Shown piece after piece: positions 51,333 through 62,981 of a DNA stretch of 64,000 nt. Within the stretch, counting starts at the first letter, position 1. Every line of letters starts with the position of its first letter. This stretch comes from Lama glama (lineage: Eukaryota). The notes under the pieces are model-generated. The model was not told the DNA's origin, searched no databases, and worked only from the letters and a program-made list of their open reading frames with translations. The stretch lies in NCBI GenBank assembly GCA_028534125.1, contig CM052817.1, positions 105,402,001 through 105,466,000 on the forward strand. Reading direction: 5' to 3'. Made by a program: the position numbers and the translations under genes.

Positions 51333-54142
51333 AAAAAGATGGATTTGGTAAATAGCTATTCTTTATGTCTCAATCACCTAATCAATTAAAATTGGTATGT
51401 CCATGAGTACATGTATATATATATATAGTATTAGATGCTCATAGATTGGAATTAATCTTTAAAATACATCTATTTGAATCTTGAGAATCACAACAAGTCT
51501 TTAATGGTGATTCTAAATTTGTTTTTCCTCCTCTCTTTCCATTATTGCTCTGCTTGGAATATGGAGGGAAATAATTAAATGAATCAATTCCTGTCAACTT
51601 TATCTTCCAATGATGTTTTCTAATCTCATTTTTAAATCAGAATATATTTCTATTAATTGATATTACTCTAAATAGTAGGCAACATAAGGGAGAAGTTCTG
51701 GTAAACTTTTGTAAATGGCTCCTTTGTATTATTGAGAACAAGTTTTGGAAAACGTCAGGAGACAGATATTTCCCATTTTAAAAGAATTCCACAATCGAAT
51801 GAAAGATTATTCAAAAATTTAATGAAACTAAAAAGTCTTCAGCGTCCTTTAGAGAAAATTGTTATGTTTTTAAAACGTACTTTCATAATCCTTTACTTTT
51901 ACCATTAAATTATGACAAAAAAACTCCAAAATATTTTCAGTTTTTGATATATACACAATATTTCAAAAAAGTAATTGACTCAGATGTCAACTAAATTTCC
52001 CTCTGAATTACTATTATTGAGGACTATGATTTAATCACATGTTTCTCATGCTGACTTTATTACATTATGCTATTTATACTTAAATTTCAAAGGAGAGCGC
52101 TGTAGTTAAAATGTATTTAAATGATGAAAACTAAATTTGGGTTTTCTATTCCAGTCCAAAATTTCCTCCCATTTGATGTAATGGTTTGAAAATAAATTAT
52201 AGTATATCTGATTGATGTAGTTTTGCTAAAAAGGTCACACTCTATGTGTATATCAAAATGCAAATACTGCATTTTATAACGTTGAGAATCTACAGAGAAA
52301 GATAGGCAGATGGTGAAAACTGGGAACTAAAGATTAAATTTGAGAAACTAAGCTTTCTTTATGTTAGTTATAGAAAATAAAATCTTGGAGAAGTAATTTG
52401 ACTATTACTGCATAAAATAAAAGGAACCAACTCAAATTGCCTGCTGTTTGCTGAGTAAGTTATTTGACCAAAAAAAAAAAAAGCTATTGGTTATTTCTAA
52501 TAGACATTTTTACCTCTCTTTGGACACTGAAAAATACTAGTCCCTCAGTACTTACAGTGAAACACAAAGAAATATATTTCTCCAAAAACATCATTAAATT
52601 TGTAATTATTATCAGATAAACACATTATTTCATATATTATGATATAGAAAAATAAGGCTAACAGTATAGCTTAATGCAATAGGCAAATGAATGCATATAT
52701 GCCATAAACACTAATATTTAGAATAATTACATTATACTATAAATTGCTCTTCATTTCAGCATATGCACCTCTTTTTACTTTTCATGACTAAATAAAGCTT
52801 TTATTAAGCTTTAAGAATGTGAGGAACAAAGTAATTATTCAAGGTGGTCCCCTTCAAAAAGTTAAATCCCAGCATTTAAGGAAGTTACAATTTTCTTGGG
52901 AAACCAAATATATCCAGCAAAAATAATAAATGAACAGACGAAAAAATCAGCACCCATCAGTAGATACAAAAATGACATAGCCAAGGCAGTTGTCTTAAGA
53001 ACTGGGTAGACGATATTTAGGTTTGGAGTCAATGCCATTGGCTCAAAATACACTGAAATTTTCAAAACCCCTGGGGAAAAAAAGAGGTTATTCCTTGACT
53101 AGAAGAATAATGTGTTATTCTAAGATTTACTGTGTAAACTAAGATCTATTTGTTTAAGAGAATTAAAATAATTTAAGAGTACTTATAAGCTCAGATCTTT
53201 TTATCTGAAAGTGCACACACAGACACTCACACACACCAGAGTCCTTCACATTCAATATTCAGGTGTATTGTGCGTCCATCACCATTTAAATTTCTATAAA
53301 ACTTGAAAACTCTGTTTTTAAAATGCTATTAAACACTTAAACGAAACTGCTAGGAGGTATTAAGGATATTTTGCAAAATGGAAATATAAATAAGCTTCCT
53401 GTTAAGAAATCTCAGCCAGTTGCCTCATTTCATCACTGTGGAATCGACCCCAGGCTATTACTTAATGGCCCCTGCTCCCTCTCCATTGTTCTGGGCTGGC
53501 CTCTCCTTGCTGCAAAGTTGTGTATTGTACTTTATTTTTCCCCTAGAGCCTCCTTTTTTAAAAGCATTTTTCATTTTTTTTTTACATAAGTGATCTTTCT
53601 GCATACTTACTTTTTTTTAATCTCAAGCCTAATCATTACGTAGACCTTTTCATTGTTCCTGAGGCGCTATTAACTTCCTTTTTCCTCTGGTTTACAACAC
53701 TTCGTAACATGTGCGTGTCCTCTCCACTGGTGTTACTGAAAACCTTTGAGAGAACAGCTCAAGAAATGTCTTCTCAAATTAGCTCATGGACTCCACACTG
53801 GTTCCTGGCTTTCATATTAACCTTCCACATGTTTCCCCAGCTCCATCTGTGGCTCTTAATATAGTGTGTCTTCCTTGTTATGATCAAACTCTTCAACTTG
53901 TTCCACAGGTCTGGCTTTTGAACTTATAACAATGACACACCCTATTTTGCTCTGATTACGCCACTGAGAAGATATTATAATTTTGGCCTGTCTTACATGA
54001 TTACTCAAAGTTGGATATCAGCAAATTAAAGCATAATCCTGGGTAATTTAGAGCCTTTAAAGCATTGTTGACATATGTAAAATGCCAAGTTACTTACTTT
54101 GGTAATGCAATATATTGGACATGTAAAATTAGTTTTTTTAAT

Positions 54143-54251
54143 TTGCATTCTTTTTTATTGAAGTATAGGCAGTTTACAAAGTTGTGTCAATTTCTGGTGT
54201 ACAGTGTAATGTCTCAGTCATACATATATACACATAAATTTGTTTTCATAT
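54143..54251 (-). mobile_element. LINE-1 3'-terminal stub
   Basis: ttttttattgaagtataggcagtttacaaagttgtgtcaatttctggtgtacag. Flanking repeat taaaattagt at 54124-54133 and 54252-54261. Confidence 0.85.
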
Positions 54252-54496
54252 TAAAATTAGTCATTTTAATATAGTCTCTCTATGAATAGCCAAGCAGTCA
54301 AAATGCATGTACAGTGCTTTACTAAAAAAAATTTACTGAAGCACGAGATGCAATACATTCTGAATAAAACAGTAACAAAATGTAATGGCAGTCATTAAAT
54401 GTGAATCACATACATACACATATTGTTCTGGTTCTTTTGCTTTAATTTTCCTCTTAAGATAACCCTTCCATTTTGAAGAATAAGACTAATTTTTTT

Positions 54497-54610
54497 TTGG
54501 AGAGGGAGAGGCACTTAGATTTTTATTTATTTTAATGGAAGTGCTGGGGATTGAACCCAGGACCTTGCGTGTGCTAGGCACGTGCTCTACCACTGAGCTC
54601 TACCCTCCCC
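54497..54610 (-). mobile_element. tRNA-Ala-derived camelid SINE (vic-1 type)
   Basis: gtgctggggattgaacccaggaccttgcgtgtgctaggcacgtgctctaccactgagctctaccctcccc. TSD ctaattttttt at 54486-54496 and 54611-54621. Confidence 0.92.
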
Positions 54611-56517
54611 CTAATTTTTTTATGCATCACTGATATACAACAGTTATTGCCAGTCCATGGAGAAAATGGCCACCATTGTACCTGCATTATTTCTACTGCA
54701 GAATCAGCACTGTATGGGCACTGTGACTTGGAGGGTGGAGGAGGGTAGGTGGAAAGATACAGCTATTCTATGAAATTGACAAGTTGAGACCTGAGACCTG
54801 GTAGCTGTTCCTCATAATCCTGTCTTGTCATTAGCTTCTATCTAACAATGTCTCAAAGAGTGACTTAGGCTCCCTCAATAGCTGCAGCCCAGTTACTGCC
54901 CTCGGCTTCTTCTGGAACTGCGTGAGCAGGATGGGACTGTCTTCAGGTTGTCCTAGCAAGATCGTAAACTGAAAAAAAATAACTGTGATTGGGGAGCTAC
55001 TCCTGCGTCCAAGAGGGAGTAACAATGCATACATCTATTGCCACTGGAAGTTTTTATAACACAAAGCTATGTAACTATGGAAGTTAATTTTTACATGTTA
55101 ATGACAGAAATGTATTTAAACCTGTGGTTATCAATAAATACATAATTAAATGTAGAGTATTCTCTTTAAATATTCTAAATAAATATATAATTTATATATA
55201 AATATATGATTAAACATATGTAAATAAATGTATAATTAAACATAGGGTGTTCTCTTAAATTAAATATTGTATAAAGCCAAGAAATGAAAAGCAATGTCAC
55301 CTGACACCCGTCTCAGCCTGTGTGGTGACACATGTCTGTGTCAGGGCAGAGGTGAGGGACAGCCTCACTAATGACTCATCTCAGTTACTTGCCCGGATCG
55401 AGAGTCTGAGTCCACCCTGAGAGCTTGTTTGCCTGATTTGGAATCACATTCCAGTGGGTTCATCTATATAAGAAAATGTTTCGCATTAATCTAGCCCAGA
55501 GGACTGATGCCAATTTTCTAATTTTTCACACGTTTATATGTGCGTTCCATATAAGCTGCTGTTTCAGCAAAGAACCTGCTTTAAAGACACCATGTTTCCC
55601 CTTATTTCTAAATTCTTGGTGCAGGTGGAGAGAGGACTTTCATTTGACTTACCTTCTATTACTTAAATGGATACATTTAACAAATTATCATTCAGTAAAA
55701 GTGTGAAGCAAAACCAGTAACAATGAAATTCCGTAATCTTCTAAAACTATATACAGAAAATGGATCACTAAGATGTATACTAAATTATTTGCTGCATATA
55801 TCAACTTTTCAGCAATGCTGAAACCATTCAGACTTGAAGCAATAATGTACTGTAAAATGACTCAAAAGTTGGAAATCATTTTTGATAATCTTAATTGGAT
55901 AACTCTACTGACTTAATTTATTTGCGGAGCTGCATAAACAGTCACTTGTAGTAGGATGGCTATAGTGATAAATAGATCTTGATTTGGGACCATCAAATTG
56001 CCAGAGTTCTGTTATTTATTTAAAAAAAAGTACAATAAATGGCTATCTGTATTCATGGGGTTAAAATTATAGACAAATCTTTTGCTATAGATGGAATAAT
56101 ATATAGTAAGATGATTTTTTTTATTTAGAGTATAAATGTTTACATAATTAAATATTATCTTTATCTCCAAGTTGATATGTCATCAGTGAAAAGAGACAAC
56201 ACACTATTTTCCAGGTATATAAATAAATAAATATTAGCTGAAAAGATTTGTATCTGTCATGATACCGTCCACAATTTCTATGTATACCATTATATGTGAA
56301 ATATCCAATATTCATAATATTATAATGTGTTTACTTTAAAATAAATATGTATATAATATACTTTAAATTTTAAATACATTTAAGAGCTTAGAGAGGATAA
56401 AGCCTTGTTAACCTTGATGGTTAATATGGAGAATTTGAAAAGATAAATCATCAGATATAATCTACCACTGCTTCAGAAAATAATTTTTAAAAGCTCTTTT
56501 AATTTATTGTGTGATAG

Positions 56518-57051
56518 TGTCAACTTTCAAAATAAAATAGTTGATTGCTTTATCAGCAAGATGATTTTATTTTGGGATAGCAGAGAATTGTAGTTCGGGA
56601 CAGACAAGCTATGGTGAACCATAGGAAAGTCCGAAGAGACAAAGGGAAGGTCACCTTTCATCAGATTTTTGGAGAAAATTGAGGAGGGTTGTTTTGAATC
56701 AAAGTTAATTAGAGAACAAGATTTCCAGGCTGTGGCTGTTCTTTATTGGCTGTAAGCAGGTTTTCCTGCTTTGCTGCTGAGGGCAGGGAGGGACCTTCCT
56801 TCCTTTTCTTAAAAGCAGGAGATGAAATTGTACCAGAAGCAAAGTAACATTCTTCTCATTAAAGATAAGACGTTGAGGCTGAGAGAATTACATACACAGC
56901 ATTCTACACAAACAGACCTTGTTAAAATAATCCTTATCTTCAGTCTTCCTGCTAGTTATGCAGGTTTAATGAATGACAGGTGCCTGAGAGCGCTCCCTTC
57001 AGGGCTTCCTGACTCCATTTTCCATGAGGTTTTCCTTTATTTATTTTCACA
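56518..57051 (-). mobile_element. ERV1-class solo LTR related to 4050-4388
   Basis: TGT...ACA termini and 4-bp flanks atag/aaag. The - strand starts TGTGAAAATAAATAAAGGAAAACCTC and has AATAAA at 56566-56571. Shares cagcaa(a)gatg..tttattt.ggg...cagagaat and cctgagagc with the 4-kb LTR. Confidence 0.75.
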
Positions 57052-57889
57052 AAAGCCCTGATCATCTGCAACAATTGATCTTACATTTTCAACATAAAAC
57101 TCAAACAGCACTACGTCATTCTACAAATGTGTAGTTGGTACCTATGCTAGATGTCTACTAGTTATATGCGAGGTAAACATTATAAACACACAGAAGTCAG
57201 GATTATGTCAACTTTTGAGACTTTCCATAATATTAGGGAAATGCTATCACATCTTAGAGAATTAAGAATTAAACATCTATCTCATAAAGTGGGCAAAATA
57301 TAAAATACATAATTGACTCAAACCTCTTTTTGTAAGCAAGGCATTAGAGAGTGCACTGAATGTAAGTGTATAAAAGCTTTTGAAGTGGGAAACCTTTTAA
57401 CATTTTAAGCCAGAGGTTGGACACGATGCCACAGGCAGCACTAAACTCCTTGATACCGAGCAAATGTTTCTATCACACTTTCCAGAGTCCATTGAAACCT
57501 AAAGTGAATGGTGAGAAATTTTCTCCTGTTTCCAAGTTGTTCTATAGAAACGACACCTAGAGTTAAGATTCGCTTGCACCCTGTACACATCTAAAGTATT
57601 ATGTGACACCAGAACAATCAGTCCAAATATTTATATACCAATGAAACAATAATCCATCAAGAAGTGAGCTATGTAATCTCCTTTTTAGGCCCATTTGATC
57701 CTTTTTCTGGATTTGATCCCTGAATCATAGCAGTATGTTTTTGGCTAGAGCCTAGTTGAAGGATGTTCTATAAATTGGATTGACTAGAGATTCAAGGCTA
57801 CGGGATTATTTAATCAGACTTTCATTCAGCAGCAAGTGCACTGATGCCTTCTGTACAAGCTGAATCCCTCTGTAATTTCCTGGTTCTTG

Positions 57890-58130
57890 TCCTTCACTGT
57901 TCCCTCATCCTGGTGCATTTTTACATCTTCACCCATCTGCCTTTCTCTTCCCCAAAATTTACACTTTCTTTCCACCTCTCTACTTGCTCTCTTTCTTTCA
58001 ATTTCATTTTCTCTTTCTCTGTTCCTCTCTGTTCATCTTCTTTAAAAACTTCTTTACTCAAATTCTTGCTAATCGGTTTTTTCCTTTGCACTTCATACCT
58101 CTTTGTTACTTAGAGACCAATTCTTTTTTT
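57890..58130. repeat. CT-rich low-complexity tract
   Basis: Long pyrimidine-biased stretch (ctttctttccacctctctacttgctctctttctttc...). Confidence 0.6.
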
Positions 58131-58155
58131 AATTCTAAGAATAAATGTATTTATA

Positions 58156-59092
58156 TTTTAATTGAAGTGTAGATGATTTACAATGTTAGTTTAGATGTAC
58201 AGCAGAGTGATTTAGTTATACATATACATACATATATTATTTCAGATTATTTTACATTACGTTTTATTACAAGAAATTGACTATAGCTCCCTGTGCTATA
58301 CCATAGGTCCTAGTTGTTTATCTATTTCATATATTATAATGCGTATCTGTTAATCCCCAGCCCCTAATGTATCCCTCCCCTGCCCTTTCTCCTTTGGTAA
58401 CCATAGTTTGTTTTCTATGTCTGTGAGTCTGTTTTTAGTTTGTAAAAAAGATTTATATCTTTTTTTTTGGATTCCATATATAAGTGATATCATATGAGAT
58501 TTGTCTTTGTCTGACTTACTTAACTTAATATGATAATCTCTAGAGACATCCATTTTGCTGCAAAATACAATATTTCATTCTTTTTTATGGCTGAGTAGTA
58601 TTCCACTGTATAAATATACCACAACTTCTTTGTCCAGTCATCTGTCAGTGGACATTTGGATAGCTTCCATGTCTTGGCTGTTGTAAACAGTGCTGCTATG
58701 AACATTGAGGATGTATGTTTCTTTTTGAATTAGAATTTTTTCTGGATATACACCCAGGAATAGGATAGCTAGATTTTATGGTAAGGCTATTTTTAGTTTT
58801 CTAAGGAACCTCTATACTGTCCTCCATAGTAGCTGCACCAATTTATGTTCCCACCAATAGTGTAGGAGGGTTCCCTTTTCTTCACACCCTCTCCAGCATT
58901 TATTATTTGTAGACTTTTGAATGATGGCCATTCTGACTGGTGTGAAGTGACACCTCATTGTAGTTTTGATTTGCATTTCTTTAATAATTAACAATTTGAG
59001 CATCTTTTCACGTGCCTGTTGGCCATCTGGATGTCTTCATTGGAGAGATGTCTCTTTAGGTCTTCTGCCCTTGTTTTGATCTGGTTGTTTGT
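58156..59092 (-). mobile_element. 5'-truncated LINE-1 (ORF2 end plus 3'UTR)
   Basis: ORFs 58812-59003 ([44 protein letters not shown]) and 58520-58705 (MFIAALFTTAKTWK...EYYSAIKKNEI) are ORF2 C-terminal pieces. Confidence 0.96.
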
Positions 59093-60046
59093 ATTAACTA
59101 GGTTCTGTAGATAATATTTACATTTTCTATTTAACTAAAATTTAATGAGAGGCAGAAGTAAAATAAGGTATGTTTTGTACTTGAACTTTCTTTCCACCTC
59201 CAGCTTCATAAGGGTCAACAATCTTGCCAAAAACTTTTTAGTTAATTCTGAATATTTGATATAGAATAATAAAATAACCATAATTATTATGTTTAATTAG
59301 AACACCGTATCTTATCTATACTCTGCTAACAGTGTTTTTTTTTTTATGGTGGTCATATTTATAAAATACAAAAAACAAAAATTTCAGTTTCTGGAAGTGT
59401 TCTGTTTTGGTAAAGGAAGCTTGTGCCGTACAGTGTACCAGTACATAAACCACAAAATGTTGAGGGTTCACGAAAGGGAAACGCCAACTAGCCATCCTCA
59501 CAACAACCTCAGAAGGGAAGTTAGGACTCAAAGAAATAAATCAGCATTCCCATAATCACTTCATAAGTGAGTCTTTCACTATGACATGCTGCCTCTAGTA
59601 ACATTTTATTACATGTAGGTCATTTAATTGTTCAGTTTAGCATGTTTATTACATGTGCTTATTAAACTTGGCGTGGTCTTCTGTGATCCCACTTCTCTTA
59701 TCCCCACTCCCCCTATCTTGTCAAAGGACCTGTTAGAGTCCCCAGCTCATCTAAAAGGGATCTCTGACCTGAGAAAACGTTCTTACTGGCTCTGATTACT
59801 TCTGAAACAGGATCCTTTTGGTGAGATTTGGTATCTCGTTTGGATGAAATTATTTGCTTACATCTAATAATTCACATCTATGCTAACTCAATCAAAGACC
59901 TACTCAAGCATCCACCATGGGCAGCATAAGTAGTAACAAAAGCTGGACTAATGTGATTGAAACTGTAGGACAGCCCATTTGTGAAACGTGCTCAAACAGA
60001 GATTCCCGTCGGTACACTGCTCCTCAGAGATGCTTGGAGGAATCAG

Positions 60047-60504
60047 TGTCTTAGGTTGGGATCCTATGGCAAAAATACAAGACTGAGTGGTTTAAACTAT
60101 ATATATATAAATTTTTTTTTTCTCACACTTCTGAGGCTGTAAGTTCAAGATCAAAGTGCTAGCAGATTCGGTGTCTGGTGAGGGCTCACTTCTTGGTTTG
60201 CAGAGACCCATTTTCTTACTTTAGCCTCACATGGGGCAGAAAGAGAGGGAGACAGAGAGACAGTCACACAGACAGACAGACAGACAGAGAGAGAGAGAGA
60301 GATAGGTTGAGAGAGAGAGTGAGAGAGAGGTCCCATGTCTGTCTCTTTTTCTTTTTATAAGGGAACTAATCTTACTCACGAGGGCTCCACCCTCATGACC
60401 TAATTACCTTTCAAAAGTCCCACCATGAAACACCATCACACTGGGGCTTAGAGTTTCAACACATGAATTTGAGGGAGGAGGATACCAACATGCAATTCAT
60501 AGCA
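60047..60504 (-). mobile_element. MaLR solo LTR, MLT1A/MLT1A0-like, with an expanded internal GA/GACA microsatellite
   Basis: tgtcttag...ttctgaggctgtaagttcaagatcaaagtgctagcagattcggtgtctggtgagggc...gagggctccaccctcatgacctaattacct...catgaatttgaggg...catagca. Microsatellite at ~60243-60329. Confidence 0.92.
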
Positions 60505-60539
60505 TGTTGTAACAACAACCAAATTTTAATGGAGGGGGG

Positions 60540-60770
60540 TCCTTTCTGCCAGATGCTACTCTAAGTCCTCAAAATATGAATTTTCAGTCTCCATTAGAAC
60601 CTTATGAGATAGTTTTGTTTGTTTCATTTTTGTGTACTTTTTTTCTTAATTTTTGATGAGAACATTTAGACACAGAGAGGTTAAGCAATCTGCAGTCATG
60701 TACCTAAAAACTAGCAGAACTGGGTTTTGTCCCAAGTCCGTGTGGTCCCAGAGTTCAGCTCTTAGTCATT
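60540..60770 (-). mobile_element. MIR SINE
   Basis: aaccttatgagatag...gatgagaacatttagacacagagaggttaagcaatctg...agcagaactgggttttgtcccaagtc. Confidence 0.75.
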
Positions 60771-60789
60771 CTTAATGGATCTTGTAGTG

Positions 60790-61000
60790 CATGGGCTCCG
60801 TGTCCAAGGAAAATCTTCACTTGAGTGGTGCTCTCTTGAAAACTCACAGTGCTTTGTTAAAAGGTCTAAAAAATGTCTTAAGGATGTTTGCTTCAATATT
60901 TCCCCAATATATTTGCCCCCGCAAAACTGTTTTTTTAAATGAATCATCTATTAATATTTTATATAACTAATGTTGCCTAGAACACAGTTTGGGAACAAAT
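60790..61000. mobile_element. Possible hAT-Charlie non-autonomous DNA transposon relic
   Basis: Ends gaacacagtttgggaac and contains atttccccaatatatttgcccccgcaaaac, reminiscent of Charlie-type MER elements. Very diverged. Confidence 0.35.
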
Positions 61001-61919
61001 TTCTCTCTAACATCTATTGAATTTTCAGCTCCATTGCTGAAGACAGAGATTCTAGGATTCTGAGAAAAGTATTTCTTGTTAAGATTTATCTTATATTTAA
61101 CTACTTCCCAGGGACTACGTCAGGTATGACTTCAACACTTAACCCACTAGTTAGACTCATAGGGTAAAAGTAGTTTTTACGAATCATCATCTTCAGAGTA
61201 TTTAACTTGTATTCAGTGGAGAAAACCTGAGTGCTAATTGGAAATAATTATTTATTTAGGGTAAATTTTGTGCTTATATTTAATTCCTAAGATAAATATC
61301 TGATGCTTTGGCACATGGTGTGTAACATTAAGTATTTATATGAATTGTTGTGCCTGAAATTTGCTGATTTACAACAGAATATTGGCATAGATTAGCCATG
61401 ATTAATGACCTCTTTTCTTATTTTTCCAAGCCCTGTCTGGATTTGAACATCAAATAAAATTGGGAGTCGATGTCTCATTGGCGATCTCCCCTCTATGCTT
61501 TCGGACATGTTGTACACTATGCAAAATCCCCTCCCTTCTCAGCAGAGTTATTTTAAGATGAACTCTCTCCAGCGCATTTCAGTGAAAGCTGAGTGAGGGA
61601 AATTTAGATTCAATTGTCGTGTATATAGAAAGTCCATTAAAATGCTGTCACAGTGTCCAAGTCACTCAATAATTCAAGTGCTTGGCATCTACATGGAAGG
61701 AAAACATTTTAAAAATCTCATTATAAAATAATGTTATAATTTGATTACCCTGCAAAAAAAAAATTCTCTGGTTTAGGTATGTTTAACTCTCTCCTGCTTT
61801 GGTTGAGTGAGGCTTGTCCTTGTTCGGTCCTCCTTTGCACACAGTAGCCTTCCTTCTTGAAGTCCTCTTGCTTCTCTCACTGGTCCTTTCTGAATCAACC
61901 AAAAAGATGCTCTCCAAGA

Positions 61920-62110
61920 AGCTGGCCTCGTTTCTCATCCCCTCCCTAGTTACTCACTTTGTGTTACCTATTTATAAAAATGGTGGAGGAGAGGGAAAAA
62001 ATAGGTCCCAGAAGTTTCTGAAGATTAGAGGAGAAAATTCATGTGAAATGTTTCGGACAGGGCTGGCACAGGTAGCACAGGGCTGGCACAGATAGGTAGT
62101 GAGTGTTTCC
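61920..62110 (+). mobile_element. MIR relic with a 20-bp tandem duplication
   Basis: ggcctcgtttctcatc...tgaagattagaggagaaaattcatgtgaaatg. acagggctggcacag occurs at 62057-62071 and 62077-62091. Confidence 0.6.
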
Positions 62111-62709
62111 ACATGTTCAGATGGCGGCTACTCTTGGTGGTGATGCTTTTAGTTCGTTGCTGTTGTTGCTTTTGTTTTTATTATTAAGATCTTATCAAGT
62201 GCTTATGTAGATAGATACAATTATTCTTGTTATAGCTATGTCTAAGGACTGTCTATGTGTTTAAATAGATTACTGTTATATTAAATAAATTATATATTAA
62301 TATTTTAATAATTAAACATATATATTTAGAGCAAAGCTATGAAATAAGCATTCTCTTTCCCACTGAGACTTTAAGCAATGTACTCAAGGTCACATTCATA
62401 GTAGAATTAGAAGTCATAATCTATTTCTTTCTAGCTATACCATATAGCTTTGTAGGGAATGGAAACCTTTTACCGTAACAACTGCCAAATTAATGTCTCT
62501 GGTCAGGAACTTTCCTTCATACCTGGTTCAGAATTTCCGGTTTCCTATTAGACTTCTTTATAGCTTTCTTTTTCAGCTACTCAAAAGAGAACTCACCCAT
62601 CACTGGGGCTCTCTTCTTGTGAAACACTCATTTGTTTCCTCTTGCATTTGCTAATTATTTTATTAGCTTTATCATCGTTTTACCCATCTTAGTCTCAGGA
62701 GATTGAAAT

Positions 62710-62945
62710 AATAATGATAATAAAGAAGAATTAATTTCTATTAATTTCTTCCCATGTGTCGCACATTGTGCTAAGTACTTCAAATGTATTTTCTCATTCA
62801 ATCTCACACCACCACCATAGTATAATATTATTAATATTATTTGCATTTACAAATCTAGTAACTGAGTCTCAGAGGCTAGCTGACTTGTTCACCAATCTGT
62901 AGGCAATGATATTTTGACCCAAACCTACATATCTTAACTTCAGTG
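62710..62945 (-). mobile_element. MIR SINE
   Basis: cacattgtgctaagtacttcaaatgtattttctcattcaatctcacacc...aactgagtctcagaggctagctgacttgttca. Confidence 0.75.
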
Positions 62946-62981
62946 ACCAAAGGGACCAAAGAATTTGACGCTATAGAGTTC

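Noticed and set aside
52862..53085. - strand acceptor (cctctttttttccccag) followed by a hydrophobic ~69-codon frame
   Set aside because: No recognisable protein and no convincing donor. Hydrophobic ORFs are expected from T-rich strands.
4050..57051. The two related same-orientation LTRs as ends of one provirus
   Set aside because: They are 52 kb apart, differ in length and sequence, have different flanks, and no gag/pol/env or primer-binding site was seen.
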